64,000 nucleotides of DNA, from contig JASTWF010000035.1 of assembly GCA_030390025.1 (NCBI GenBank), forward strand, positions 3,472,001-3,536,000. The letters are read 5' to 3'. Of this stretch, positions 1 to 12,103 are shown piece after piece. The translations under genes and the position numbers were made by a program. Within the stretch, counting starts at the first letter, position 1. Each line of letters opens with the position of its first letter. The DNA comes from Squalus acanthias (Eukaryota). The notes below the pieces were generated by a model. It did not search any database and was not told the origin of the DNA. It was given only the letters and a program-made list of their open reading frames with translations.

Positions 1-1891
1 TCCCTCTCTCGCATTCTCTCTCTCTCCCTCACTCGCATTCTCTCTCTCTCCCTCTCTCGCATTCTCTCTCTCTCTCCCTCTCTCGCATTCTCTCTCTCTC
101 TCCCTCTCTTGCATTCTCTCTCTCTCCCTCTCTCGCATTCTCTCTCTCTCCCTCTCTCGCCTTCTCCCTCTCTCACCTTCTCTCTATCTCCCTCTCTCGC
201 ATTCTCTCTATCTCTATCTCCCTCTCTCTCACATTCTCTCTACCTCCCTCTCTCTCTCTCACACACATTCTCTCTTTCTCTATCTCCCTCTCTCTCACAT
301 TCTGTCTACCTCCCTCTCTCTCTCTCTCACACACATTCTCTCTATTTCTATCTCCCTCTCTCTCACATTCTCTCTATTTCTATCTCCCTCTCTCTCACAT
401 TCTCTCTATCTCCCTCTCTCTCACATTCTCTCTATCTCCCTCTCTCTCACATTCTCTCTATCTCCCTCTCTCTCACATTCTCTCTATCTCCCTCTCTCTC
501 ACATTCTCTCTATCTCCCTCTCTCTCACATTCTCTCTATCTCCCTCTCTCTCACATTCTCTCACATTCTCTCTATCTCCCTCTCTCTCACATTCTCTCTA
601 TCTCCCTCTCTCTCACATTCTCTCTCTCTCTCTCTCTCACATTCTCTCTATCTCCCTCTCTCTCACATTCTCTCTATCTCCCTCTCTCTCACATTCTCTC
701 ACATTCTCTCTATCTCCCTCTCTCTCACATTCTCTCTATCTCCCTCTCTCTCACATTCTCTCTATCTCCCTCTCTCTCCCATTCTCTCACATTCTCTCTA
801 TCTCCCATTCTCTCCCATTCTCTCTATCTCCCATTCTCTCACATTCTCTCTATCTCCCTCTCTCTCACATTCTCTCTATCTCCCATTCTCTCACATTCTC
901 TCTATCTCCCATTCTCTCACATTCTCTCTATCTCCCTCTCTCTCACATTCTCTCTATCTCCCTCTCTCTCACATTCTCTCTATCTCCCTCTCTCTCACAT
1001 TCTCTCTATCTCCCTCTCTCTCACATTCTCTCTATCTCCCTCTCTCTCACATTCTCTCTATCTCCCTCTCTCTCACATTCTCTCTATCTCCCTCTCTCTC
1101 ACATTCTCTCTATCTCCCTCTCTCTCACATTCTCTCTATCTCCCTCTCTCTCACATTCTCTCCAACTCCCTCTCTCTCACATTCTCTCTATCTCCCTCTC
1201 TCTCACATTCTCTCTATCTCCCTCTCTCTCACATTCTCTCTATCTCCCTCTCTCTCACATTCTCTCTATCTCCCTCTCTCTCACATTCTCTCTATCTCCC
1301 TCTCTCTCACATTCTCTCTATCTCCCTCTCTCTCACATTCTCTCTATCTCCCGCTCTCTCACATTCTCTCACATTCTCTCTATCTCCCTCTCTCTCACAT
1401 TCTCTCTATCTCCCTCTCTCTCACATTCTCTCTATCTCCCTCTCTCTCACATTCTCTCTATCTCCCTCTCTCTCACATTCTCTCTATCTCCCTCTCTCTC
1501 ACATTCTCTCTATCTCCCGCTCTCTCACATTCTCTCTATCTCCCTCTCTCTCACATTCTCTCTATCTCCCTCTCTCTCACATTCTCTCTATCTCCCTCTC
1601 TCTCACATTCTCTCTATCTCCCTCTCTCTCACATTCTCTCTATCTCCCTCTCTCTCACATTCTCTCTATCTCCCTCTCTCTCACATTCTCTCTATCTCCC
1701 GCTCTCTCACATTCTCTCACATTCTCTCTATCTCCCGCTCTCTCACATTCTCTCTATCTCCCTCTCTCTCACATTCTCTCTATCTCCCGCTCTCTCACAT
1801 TCTCTCTATCTCCCTCTCTCTCACATTCTCTCTATCTCCCTCTCTCTCACATTCTCTCTATCTCCCTCTCTCTCACATTCTCTCTATCTCT
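1..1891. repeat. Polypyrimidine minisatellite, 26-nt unit TCTATCTCCCTCTCTCTCACATTCTC (earlier units use GCATTC variants); runs off the window start
   Basis: Direct tandem periodicity. The spurious ORF 109..2133 repeats every 26 aa (three 26-nt units). Confidence 0.97.
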
Positions 1892-1919
1892 CAGGGACAA
1901 TTTCTATTTTTGCTTCTCA

Positions 1920-2125
1920 AGCTCCGTCCACCTGCCCTCACACCGCCCACGCCCATTGGGTGAGCCGCCTGTCCATCACAACAGCACCGCGCCCTCATTG
2001 GCCGCTGCGGGAGGCGGGTTTCCGGTTACAGCCGGAGATGGGTTTTTGTCCGCTTCGCGGGTCGGAAAAAAGAGAAAAATCCGACAAAAATCACAATATC
2101 GAGTCTAATCGATTACTGGGTTCAG
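1920..2125 (+). promoter_or_regulatory. CpG-rich TATA-less promoter and probable non-coding first exon (likely FBXO41)
   Basis: GC boxes CCGCCC 1943-1948 and GGCGGG 2013-2018; two inverted CCAAT boxes (ATTGG 1955 and CTCATTGGCC around 1997); ETS-like TTTCCGG 2019-2025; donor-like CAG|GTAGGT at 2125/2126. The link to FBXO41 is inferred from strand and the absence of other host coding sequence in between. Confidence 0.6.
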
Positions 2126-2768
2126 GTAGGTGAGGTAATCCCGTCATAAAATATCGAGTATAATCGATTACTGGACTGAGGTAAACCCGTCATAAACTAT
2201 CGACTATAATCGTTTACTGGGCTCCGGTAGGTGAGGTAATCCTGTCATAAATATCGAGTATAATCGATTACTGGGCTCAGGTAATTTTGTCATAAAATAT
2301 CGACTATAATCGATTACTGAGCTCAGATCAGGTAGGTGAGGTAATCCTGTCATAAAATATCGAGTATTATCGATTACTGAGCTCAGGTAGGTGAGGTAAT
2401 CGCGTCATAAATTATCGACTATAAACGATTATTGGGCTCAGGTAGGTGAGGTAATCCTGTCATAAAATATCGAGTATAATCGATTATTGGGCTCAGATCA
2501 GGTAGGTGAAGTAATCCTGTCATAAAATATCGACTATAATCGCTTACTGCGCTCAGGTAGCTGAGGTAATCCTGTCATAAATTATCGACTATAATCGATT
2601 ACTGGGCTCAGATCAGGTCGGTGAGGTAATCCTGCCATAAACTGTCAACTATAATCGATTACTGGGCTCAGGTAGGGGAGGTAAACCTGTCATAAATTAT
2701 CGAGTATAATCGATTACACGGCTCAGATCAGGTAGATGAGGTAATCCCGTCATATATTATCGAGTATT
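2095..2768 (+). repeat. CpG-rich minisatellite, ~12 units of 45-60 nt (consensus AATATCGAGTATAATCGATTACTGGGCTCAGGTAGGTGAGGTAATCCTGTCATAA)
   Basis: Direct tandem repeats with +ATCAG and deletion length variants; no unique spacers. Confidence 0.95.
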
Positions 2769-2882
2769 TGATGGGACACTTGCACCATTACTGGTACAGG
2801 AAGGAGCTGTACTGCTGGGATGGGCTCCACCTAAACCGGAGTTGGATCATGACATAACGGAAAGGGCTGTCGATAGACTAGT

Positions 2883-3442
2883 AAACATTCACTCCCTCCA
2901 CCACCGGCGCACCGTGACTGCAGTGTGTACCATCTACAAGATGCACTGCAGCAACTCACAACTAGGGGGATCAAGGGGTATGGCGAGAAAGCAGGAATGG
3001 GGTACTGAGGTAGCATGTTCAGCCATGAACGCATTGAATGGCGGTGCAGGCTCGAAGGACCGAATGGTCTACTCCTGTACCTATTTTCTATGTTTCTATG
3101 TTTCTAACTCGCCAAGGCTTTTTCGGCAGCACCTCCCAAACCCGCGACCTCTTCCACCTAGAAGGACAAGGGCAGCAGGCGCATGGGAACACCACCACAT
3201 CCAAGTTTCCCTCCAAGTCACACACCATCCTGACTTAGAAGTATATCGCCGATCCTTCATCGTCGCTGAGTTAAAATCCTGGAACTCCCTCCCCAACAGC
3301 ACTGTGGGAATACCGTCACCACACGGACTGCAGCGGTTCAAGAAGGTGGCTCACCACCACCTTCTCAAGGGCAACTAGGGATGGGCAATAAATGCTGGCC
3401 TTGCCAGCGATGCCCTCATCCCATAAACGAATAAAAAAAAAA
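2883..3442 (+). mobile_element. LINE family B 3' end with poly(A), containing a nested CR1 3'-tail fragment (~2960-3105)
   Basis: HSLHHRRTV...KSWNSLPNSTVG...QRFKKVAHHHLLKGN followed by 3' UTR and an A tract; AACTC duplicated around the inner insert. Confidence 0.85.
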
Positions 3443-3619
3443 GATGGGGAGAGGGATGTGGTGAAAATAACATGAGTCTGAAGATAATAGAAATACGAGA
3501 TGAGAGTAAAGGTCAGACCAAGGTAAGGGACAAGGGTAACATAAAAAGTCAGGGAACAAATATAGTTACAAAACAGAAGTATAAAAGAACTTTTAAAAAT
3601 AAAGTAAATGGAACAGCCC

Positions 3620-3751
3620 TAATCCCCCTAATTTTTTTTGGGTGCGCGGCCCATTCACAGTTTCGTGAATGCGCGAAATTTACCTTTGGAAAAGTCAGCC
3701 CCAGGCTGTGCAGGGACCGGCAGTGAGCTGCGCAGCTTAGAAGGAATATTG
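3620..3751. mobile_element. Possible small degenerate MITE (hAT-like end GCGCAGCTTAGAAGGAATATTG)
   Basis: GC-rich island interrupting the CR1. Its right end is the reverse complement of the motif at 23046 (CTATGTTCCCTCTAAGGTGCGC); the left end is decayed. Confidence 0.35.
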
Positions 3752-4017
3752 GGAACAAATATTAAAGATGAATTAAACTTTTGGTACAGCAACGTACACA
3801 GCAGCCAAAACAAAATGGGAGAACTGGAGGCAATAATCCTTAACGAGGAACCGGATTTAGCGGGAATAACTGAAACATGGCTACATAAAGAGCAGGACTG
3901 GCAACTAAATATTGCAGATTATAACATAATCAGAAAGGATAGGGAAGGAAGAAGGGAGGGTGGGGTATCTGTACTAATTAGAGTTAACAATGGCAATAGA
4001 AAAAAGAGACATAACTA

Positions 4018-5200
4018 ACAACAAATTACAAGAAGACATTAATAAACTTGCAGAATGGGGATATAATTGGCAAATTAAATTCAACACCAATAAATGTGAG
4101 GTATTACATTTTGATAAGAAAAATAGGGAGGTCACATTATTACTTGGAAAATACGAATCTAAGTGAGGTAGAAGAGCAAAGGGATCTCGGAGTACAAATA
4201 CACAAATAATTGAAAGTAGCGACACAGGTTAACCAGGCCATAAAAAAAGCAAACAAAGCACTAGGGTTTATTTCTAGAGGGATTGAATTGAAAAGTAGAG
4301 AAGTTATGCTAAACTTGTATCGAACCTTGGTTAGACCACACTTGGAGCACTGTGTACAATTCTGGTCGCCATATTATAAAAAGGATATAGAGGCACTGGA
4401 GAGGGTGCAGAGAAGATTTACAAGGATGATACCAGAAATGTGAGGGTATACATATCAGGAGAGGATGAACAGGCTGGGTCTCTTTTCTCTTGAAAAAAGA
4501 AGGCTGAGGGGTGACCTAATAGAGGTCTTTAAAATTATGAAAGGTTTTTATAGAGTAGATACAGAGAGAGTGTTTCCACTTGTGGGGAAGAGCATAACTA
4601 GAGGCCATCAATATAAGATAGTCACCAAAAAATCCAATAGGGAATTCAGAAGAAACTTCTTTACCCAGAGAGTGATGAGAATGTGGAACTCGCTACCACA
4701 GGGAATGGTTGAAGCGAATAGTATAGATGCATTTAAGGGGAGGCTAGATAAGGATAAGACGGTGGCATAGTGGTTAGCACTGTTGCCTCACAGCGCCAGG
4801 GACCCGGGTTCGAATCTGGCCTCGGGTGACTGTCTGTGTGGAGTTTGCACATTCTCCCCGTGTCTGCGTGGGTTTCCTCCGGGTGCTCCGGTTTCCTCCC
4901 ACAGTCCAAAGATGTGCGGGTTAGGTTGATTTGGCTATGATAAATTGACCCTTAGTGTTAGGGGGATTAAATACGTGGGGTTATGGGGATAGGGTGGGAT
5001 ATGTGTCGGTGCAGGCTCGATGGGCCGAAATGGCCTCTATCTGCACTGTGGGGATTCTGTGATATGAGAGAGAAGGGAATACAGGGTTATGCTGACAGAG
5101 TTAGATGGGGAAAGACGGAAGGCAGTTCGAATGGAACATAAACACCGGCATGGACTGGTTGGGCCGAATGGCCTGCTTCTGTGCTGTATATCCTATGTAA
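4018..5200 (+). mobile_element. 5'-truncated CR1 (RT C-terminus plus 3' UTR)
   Basis: LVRPHLEHCVQFWSP and FFTQRV..WNSLP motifs; CR1 3' UTR. Confidence 0.9.
4757..5063 (+). mobile_element. HE1-type V-SINE (tRNA head, V-domain, CR1-derived tail)
   Basis: Box A TGGCATAGTGG, box B GGTTCGAATC, V-domain GTGTGGAGTTTGCAC..CCGGGTGCTCCGGTTTCCTCCCA, CR1-like tail GATGGGCCGAAATGGCCT...ATTCTGTGAT. Confidence 0.9.
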
Positions 5201-6401
5201 TAGAAGGTTAGAAACAGAATGTATATGGATTGAAATAGAGGATAAGAAGGGATTGATCACACTAATATGAGTATATTACAGACCACCTAATAGTGGAAAG
5301 GAGGTGGAGGAAGAAGTATGTAAGCAAATATGTGAAATGAGTGAAGGACATAGAATGATAATCCTGGGAGATTTTAACTAGCCCCAAATAAACTAAGAGA
5401 TAGTGAAAGGGGTAGAGGGAATGGAGTTTTTACAATGATGCAGGACTCCTTTCTTACCCAGTATGTAAAAACCTCAACAAAAGAGGGAGTACTACTGGAT
5501 CGAGTAATAGGTAATGAACGAGAACAGATAAGCGAAGTAACTGCAGGGGAACATCGAAGCAATAGCAATCACCACATAATAAGGTTTAAAATGAAGATTG
5601 TGAAGGACATAAGGAAGTAAAAGACCTAAGTAATAAATTGGAAAAAAGCTGATTTTATGGGGATGAGAATGGAACTAGGGAAACTAAACTGCAAAATTTA
5701 CTGACAAAAAAAATAGAACAGCAGTGGGAAATATTTAAAACGGCGATCAATAGAGTCCAGGAGAAATATATCCCACTAAAGAGCAAAAACAAACTAGCCA
5801 GTAATGACACACCATGGATGAATAAAGAAATAAGGTCAAAATTGAAACTAAAGTAAAAGGCACAGACTAAGTACATAGACAACAAAGGAGACGATGACAA
5901 AAGAGAATACGAAAAGGTTAGGAAAGAAGTAAAAAAAACTATTAGGAAGGCAAAGAGAAACTATGAAATTTAATTATGAAGGAATATAAAGAAATAGTAA
6001 AGTATTCAACAGACATGTAAATAACACAAGAAAAATCAGGATGGGGATAGGGCCACGAAGGGATACACAAGATAAACTCAATATAGTTGGATTTTCAAAA
6101 GGCCTTTGATGAGGTACCGCATAGAAAACTCACAGCTAAGGTTAGAACATGTGGAGTCAGGGGACAAGTAGCAGAATGGATAGCAAGCTGGCTATAAAAC
6201 AGAAAACAAAGAGTAGGGGTTAAAGGTAGTTACTCAGACTGGCAAAAGGTCGGAAATGATGTTCCACAAGGATTGGTGCTGGGACTATTGTTCACCATTT
6301 ACATAAACGATTTGGACTTGGGAATCGGAAGTACAATTTCAAAATTTGTGGACGACACCAAATTGAAGGGTGCAGTTAATACAGAGGAGGACAGTGACAA
6401 T

Positions 6402-8793
6402 TAAAAAAAAATTAATTCACAGGCTGTGGTAAGGCTTGCATTTATTGGCCATCCCTAATTGGCGTTGAGAAGGTGGTGGTGAGCTGCCTTCTTGAACCGC
6501 TGCAGACTGTGTGGTGAAGCTACTCCCACAGTGCTGTTAAGGAGGGAGTTCCCAGTGATGATGAAGGAACGGCGATATATTTCCAAGTCAGGATGTTGTG
6601 TGACTTGGAGGGGAACTTGGAGGAGGAGGTGTTCCCATGCGCCTGCTGCCCTTGTTCTTCTAGGTGGTAAAGGTCGTGGGTTTGGGAGGAGCTGCCGAAG
6701 AAGCCTTGGTGAGTTGCTGCAGTGCATCTTGTAGATGATGCACACTGCAGTCACGGTGTGCTGGTGATGGAGATGGGGAATGTTTAAAGTGTTGGATCGG
6801 GTGTAAATCAAGCGGGCTGCTTTGTCCTGGATGGTGTCCAGCTTTTTGAGTGATGTTGAAGCTGCACTCATCCAGGCAAGTGGAGAGTATTCCATCACAC
6901 TCCTGACTTGTGCCTTGTAGATGGCGGAAAGGCTTTGGGGAGTCAGGAGGTGAATCACTCGCTGCAGAATACTCAGCTTCTGATCTGCTCTTGTAGCCAC
7001 AGTATTTATGTGGCTGGTCCAGTTAAGTTTCTGGTCAATGGTGATCCCCAGGAAATTGATGGTGGGGGAGTCGATGATGGTAATGGTCAAGGGGAGATGG
7101 CTAGACTCTCTTTTTGTAGATGGTCATTGCCTGGCACTTGTGTGGCGTGAATGTTACTTGCCACTTACAGCCCAAGCCTGAATGTTGTCCAGGTCTAGCT
7201 GCATGCAGACACGGACTGCTTCATTATCTGAGGAGTTGCGAATGGAACTGAACACTGTGCAATCATCAGCGAACAACCCCACTTCTGACCTTATGTTGGA
7301 GGGAAGGTCATTGATGAAGCAGCTGAAGATGGTTGGGCCTAGGACACTGTCCTGAGGAACTCCTGCAACGATGTCCTGGGGCTGTGATGATTGACCTTCA
7401 ACCACCACAACCATCTTCCTTTGTGCTAGGTATGACTCCAGCCAGTGGAGAGTTTTCCCCCTGATTCCCATTGACTTCAGTTTTACTAGGGCTCCTTGAT
7501 GCCACACTCGGTCAAACGCTGCCTTGATGTCAAGGGCAGTCACTCTCACCTCACCTCTGGAATTCAGCTCCTTTGTCCATGTTTGGACCAAGGCTGTAAT
7601 GAGGTCGGGAGCCGAGTGGTCTTGGCGGAACCCAAACTGGGCATTAGTGGGCAGGTTATTGGTGAGTAAGTGCCGCTTGATAGCACTGTCGATGACACCT
7701 TCCATCACTTTGCTGATGATTGAGAGTAGACTGATGGGGTGGTAATTGGCCGGATTGGATTTGTCCTGCTTTTTGTGGACAGGACATACCTAAGCAGTTT
7801 TCCACATTGTTGGATAGATGCCAGTGTTGTAGCTGTACTAGAACAGCTTGGCTAGAGGCGCGGCTAGTTCTGGAGCACAAGTCTTCAGCACGATAGCTGG
7901 GATGTTGTCGGGGCCCATAGCCTTTGCTGTATCCAGTGCGCTCAGCCGTTTCTTGATATCACCTGGAGTGAATCGAATTGGCTGAAGACTGGCTTCTGTG
8001 ATGGTGGGGACCTCAGGAGTAGGCCGATATGGATCATTCACTCAGCACTTCTGGCTGAAGATGGTTGCAAACGCTTCAGCCTTGTCTTTTGCACTCACGT
8101 GCTGGGCTCCACCATCATTGAGGATGGGGATATTCTTGGAGCCTCCTCCTCCCGTTAGTTGTTTAATGATCCACCACCATTCACGACTGGATGTGGCAGG
8201 ACTGCAGAGCTTTGATCTGATCCGTTGATTGTGGAATCACTTAGCCCTGTCTATAGCATGCTGCTTCCGCTTTTTAGCATGCATGTAGTCCTGTGTTGCA
8301 GCTTCCCCAGGTTGGCGCCTTATTTTTAGGTACGCCTGGTGCTGCTCCTGCCATGCTCTTCTACACTCTTTATTGAACCAGGGTTGGTCCCCTGGCTTGA
8401 TGGCAATGGTAGAGTGAGGGATATGCCGGGCCATGAAGTTACAGATTGTGGTGGAATACAATTCTGCTGCTGCTGATGGCCCACAACGCCTCATGGATGC
8501 CCAGTTTTCAGCTGCTAGATCTGTTCTGAATCTATCCCATTTAACATGGTGGTAGTGCCACACAACACGATGGAGGGTGTCCTCAGTGTGAAGATGGGAC
8601 TTTGTCTCCACAATGACTGTGCGGTGGTCACTGCTACCAATACTGTCATGGACAGATGCATCTACGACAGGTAGATTGGTGAGGACGAGGTCAAGCAGGT
8701 TTTTCCCTCGTGTTGGTTCTTTCACCACCTGTCGCAGGCCCAGACTGGCAGCTATGTCCTTCAGGACTCGGCCAGCTCGGTCAGTAGTGGTGT
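6402..8793 (-). mobile_element. LINE family B, EN C-terminal part, RT and 3' end (decayed)
   Basis: ORFs 8237-8728, 7838-8041, 7154-7708 (ALDIKAAFDRVWH, GVPQDSVLGP, FADD) and 6455-7090 are collinear. The clade within the CR1/L2 group is not assigned. Confidence 0.9.
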
Positions 8794-10190
8794 AAGGATA
8801 AACCCAGCAACTACAGGCCAGTCAGCTTAACCTTGGTGGTGGGGAAGCTTTTAGAAACGATAATCTGAGACAAAATTAACAGTCACTTGGTCAAGTTTGG
8901 ATTAATTAAGGAAACCAGCATGGATTTGTTAAAGGCAAATCGTGTTTAACTAACTTGATCGAGTTTTTTGATGAGGTAGCAGAGGGTTGATGAGGGCATT
9001 GCGGTTGATGTGTACATGAACTTCAAAAAGGCGTTTGGTAACGTGCCACATAATAGACTTGCCAGCAAAGTTGAAGCCCATGGAATAAAAGGGACAATGG
9101 CAGCATGGATATGAAATTGGCTAAGTGACAGGAAACAGAGAGCAGTGATGAACGGTTGTTTTTCGGACTGGAGGAAGGTATACCATGGTGTTCTCCAAGG
9201 GTTGGTATTAGGACCAATGCTTTTCTTGATATATATTGATCACTTGGACTTGGGTGTAAGGGGCACAACTTCAAAATTTGCAGATGACACAAAACTTATA
9301 GTGAACAGAGAGGAGGATAGTGCTAGACTTCACGAAGACATAGACAGGCTGGTGGAATGGGTGGACACGTGGCAGATGAAATTTAACGCAGAAAAGTGTG
9401 AAGTGATACATTTTGATAGGCAGACCGAGGAGAGGCAATATAAACTAAAGGGTACAATTCTAAAGGGGGTGCATGAACAGAGAGACCTGGAGTGTATGTG
9501 CACAAATCGTTGAAGGTGGCAGGGAAGGTTGAGAAAGCGGTTAAAAAAGCATACGGGATCCTGGGCTTCATAAATAGAGGCATAGAGTACAAAAGCAAGG
9601 AAGTTATGATGAACCTTTATAAAACACTGGTCCGACCTCAGCTGGAGTATCGTGTTCAATTCTGGGCACCACACTTTAGGAAGGATGTGAAGTCCTTTGA
9701 GAGGGTGCAGAAAAGATTTACAAGAATGGTTCCAGAGATGAGGGGCTTCAGTTACATGGATAGAGTGGAGAAGCTGGGGTTGTTCTCCTTAGAGCAGAGA
9801 AGGTTGAGCTGAGATTTGATCGAGGTGTTCAAAATCATGATGGGTCTAGACAGAGTAGATAGAGAGAAACTGTTCCCATTGATGGAAGGCTCGAGAACCA
9901 GAGGACACAGATTTAAGGTGATTGGCAGGAGAACCAAAGGCGACATGAGGAAAAACTTTTTTACACAGCGAGTGGTTAGGATCTGGAATGCACTGCCTGA
10001 GAGGGTGGTGGAGTCAGATTCAGTCATGGCTTTCAAAAGGGAATTGGATAAATACCTGAGGGAAGAAAATTTGCAGGGCTACGGGGAAAGGGCAGGGAAG
10101 TGGGACTAGCTGAAGTGCTCTTGCAGAGAGCCGGTATGGGCTCGATGGGCCGTATGGCATCCTTCTGTGCTGTAACCATTTTGTGATTCT
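8794..10190 (+). mobile_element. 5'-truncated CR1, decayed RT and 3' UTR
   Basis: SKFADDTK and RPQLEY..QFWAP motifs, tail ATTTTGTGATTCTGTG. Confidence 0.9.
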
Positions 10191-10378
10191 GTGACAATCA
10201 GGTAATTTCATGGTCACCATTATTGATACTAGCTTTTTATTCCAGATTTATTTAATTAACTGAATTTAAATTCCCCAGCTGCCGTGGTGGGATTTGAACT
10301 TATGTCTCTGGATCATTAGTCCAAGCCTCTGGATTACTAGTCCAGTAACATAACCACTGTGATATAGCTATTGTACCC
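10191..10378 (-). mobile_element. Family B tRNA-like head fragment
   Basis: Reverse complement matches 56369-56550 and 16700-16850. Confidence 0.8.
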
Positions 10379-10514
10379 CTCATCTCAGTCTTAAATTACT
10401 GACCCCTTATCCTCAGTGTATGCCCCCTAGTTCAAGAGTCTCCAGCCAGGGGAAGCAATCTCTCAGCATCTACCCTGTCAATCCCCCTCAGAATCTGATG
10501 TGTTTCAATGACAT

Positions 10515-11035
10515 GGACTGATGTCATGGACAGATGCATCTGCGACAGGTAGATTGGTTAGGATGAGGTCAAGTAGTGGTGCCACCGAGCCACTCTTGGT
10601 GACGGACATTGTCGTACCCTGCTCAGAGTGCCCTTGCTGCCCTCGGTGCTTCTTCCAAGTGGTGTTCAACATGGAGGAGTACTGATTCATCAGCTGAGGG
10701 AGGGTGGTAGGTGTTAATCAGCAGGAGGTTTTCTTGCCCGTGTTTTACCTGTTGCCATGAGACTTCATGAGGTCCGGAGTCAATGTTGAGGACTCCCAGG
10801 GGCAATCCCTCCCGACTGTATACCACTGTGCCGCCACCTCTGTCTTGCCGGTGGAAGAGGACATACCCAGGGATGGTGATGGAGGTGTCTGGGATGTTGG
10901 CTGAAAGGTACGATTCTGTGAATATGAATATGTTAGGCTGTTGCTTGACTAGACTGTGGGACAGCTCTCCCAATTTTGGCACAAGTCCGCAGATGTTCGT
11001 GAGGAGGATTTTGCAGGGTTGACTGGGCCGGGTGT
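10515..11035 (-). mobile_element. LINE family B endonuclease N-terminus
   Basis: KILLTNICGLVPKLGEL...IFTESYLS...RQDRGGGTVVY, an APE-type endonuclease start. Confidence 0.85.
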
Positions 11036-11995
11036 TTTTTTAATTCATTCGTAGGATGTGGGCGTCGCTGTCAAGGGCAGCATTTAATACCCTTCACTAA
11101 TTGCCCTTGAGAAGGTAGTGGTGAGCCGCTGCCTTGAACCGCTGGAGTCCATGAGGTGAAGGTAGTCCCACAGTGCTATTAGGGAGGGAGTTCCAGAAGT
11201 TTGACCCAGTGACGATGAAGGAAAGGCAATATGTGTCCAAGGATGGTGTGTGTCTTGGAGGAGAACTTGCAGGTGGTGGTGTTCCCATGTGCCTGCAGGC
11301 CTTGTCCTTCTAGGTGGTAGAGGTTGCGGCTTTGGGAGGTGCTGTCGAAGAAGCCTTGGCGAGTTGCTGCAGTGCATCTTGTAGATGGTACACACTGCAG
11401 CCACGGTGGTGGAGGGAGTGAATGTTTAAGGTGGTGGGATGCCAATCAAGCGGGCTGCTTTGTCCTGGATGGTGTCGAGCTTCTTGAGTATTGTTGGAGC
11501 TGCACTCATCCAGGAAAGTGGAGAGTATTCTATCACACTCCTGACTTGTGACTTGTAGATGGTGGAAAGGCTTTGGGGAGTAAGGAGGTGAGACACTCGC
11601 CACAGAATACTCAGCCTCTGACCTGCTCTTGTAGCCACAGTATTTCATAGAATCATAGAAGATAGGAGCAGGAGTAGGCCATTCGGCCCCTCTAGCCTGC
11701 TCCGCCATTCAGTGCGATCATGGCTGATCATCCAAATTCAGTACCCTGTCCCTGCTTTCTCCCCATATCCCTTGATCCCTTTAGCCTTAAGAAATATATC
11801 CAACTCCTTCTTGAATCTATTTAATGAATTGGCCTCTACTGCCTTCTGTGGCAGAGAATTCCACAGGTTCACCACTCTCTGGGTGAAGAAATTCCTCCTC
11901 ATTTCTGTCCTAAATGGCTTACCCCTTATCCTTAGACTGTGACCCCTGGTTCTGGACTCCCCGACCATCGGGAACATCCTTCCTGCATCTAGTTT

Positions 11996-12103
11996 GTCCT
12001 GTCCTGTCCTGTCCTGTCCTGTCCTGTCCTGTCCTGTCCTGTCCTGTCCTGTCCTGTCCTGTCCTTTCCTGTCCTGTCCTTTCCTGTCCTGTCCTGTCCT
12101 GTC
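11996..12103 (+). repeat. (GTCCT)n microsatellite, 21 units including two TTCCT variants, inside CR1 ORF2
   Basis: Direct count; it replaces the normal CTGTCTAGTCCTGT seen in sister copies such as 33301. Confidence 0.97.

Noticed and set aside
2038..2125. ATG in good Kozak context as an N-terminal extension of FBXO41
   Set aside because: Splicing 2125 to 61952 or 61955 gives a frame that stops at TAA near 61986, so it is at most a uORF.
109..2133. 674-aa Ser/Leu/His-rich ORF
   Set aside because: It is the translation of a stop-free 26-nt pyrimidine repeat and starts at TTG; not a credible protein.
2095..2768. CRISPR-like array
   Set aside because: Units are head-to-tail with no unique spacers, there are no cas genes, and the context is vertebrate.
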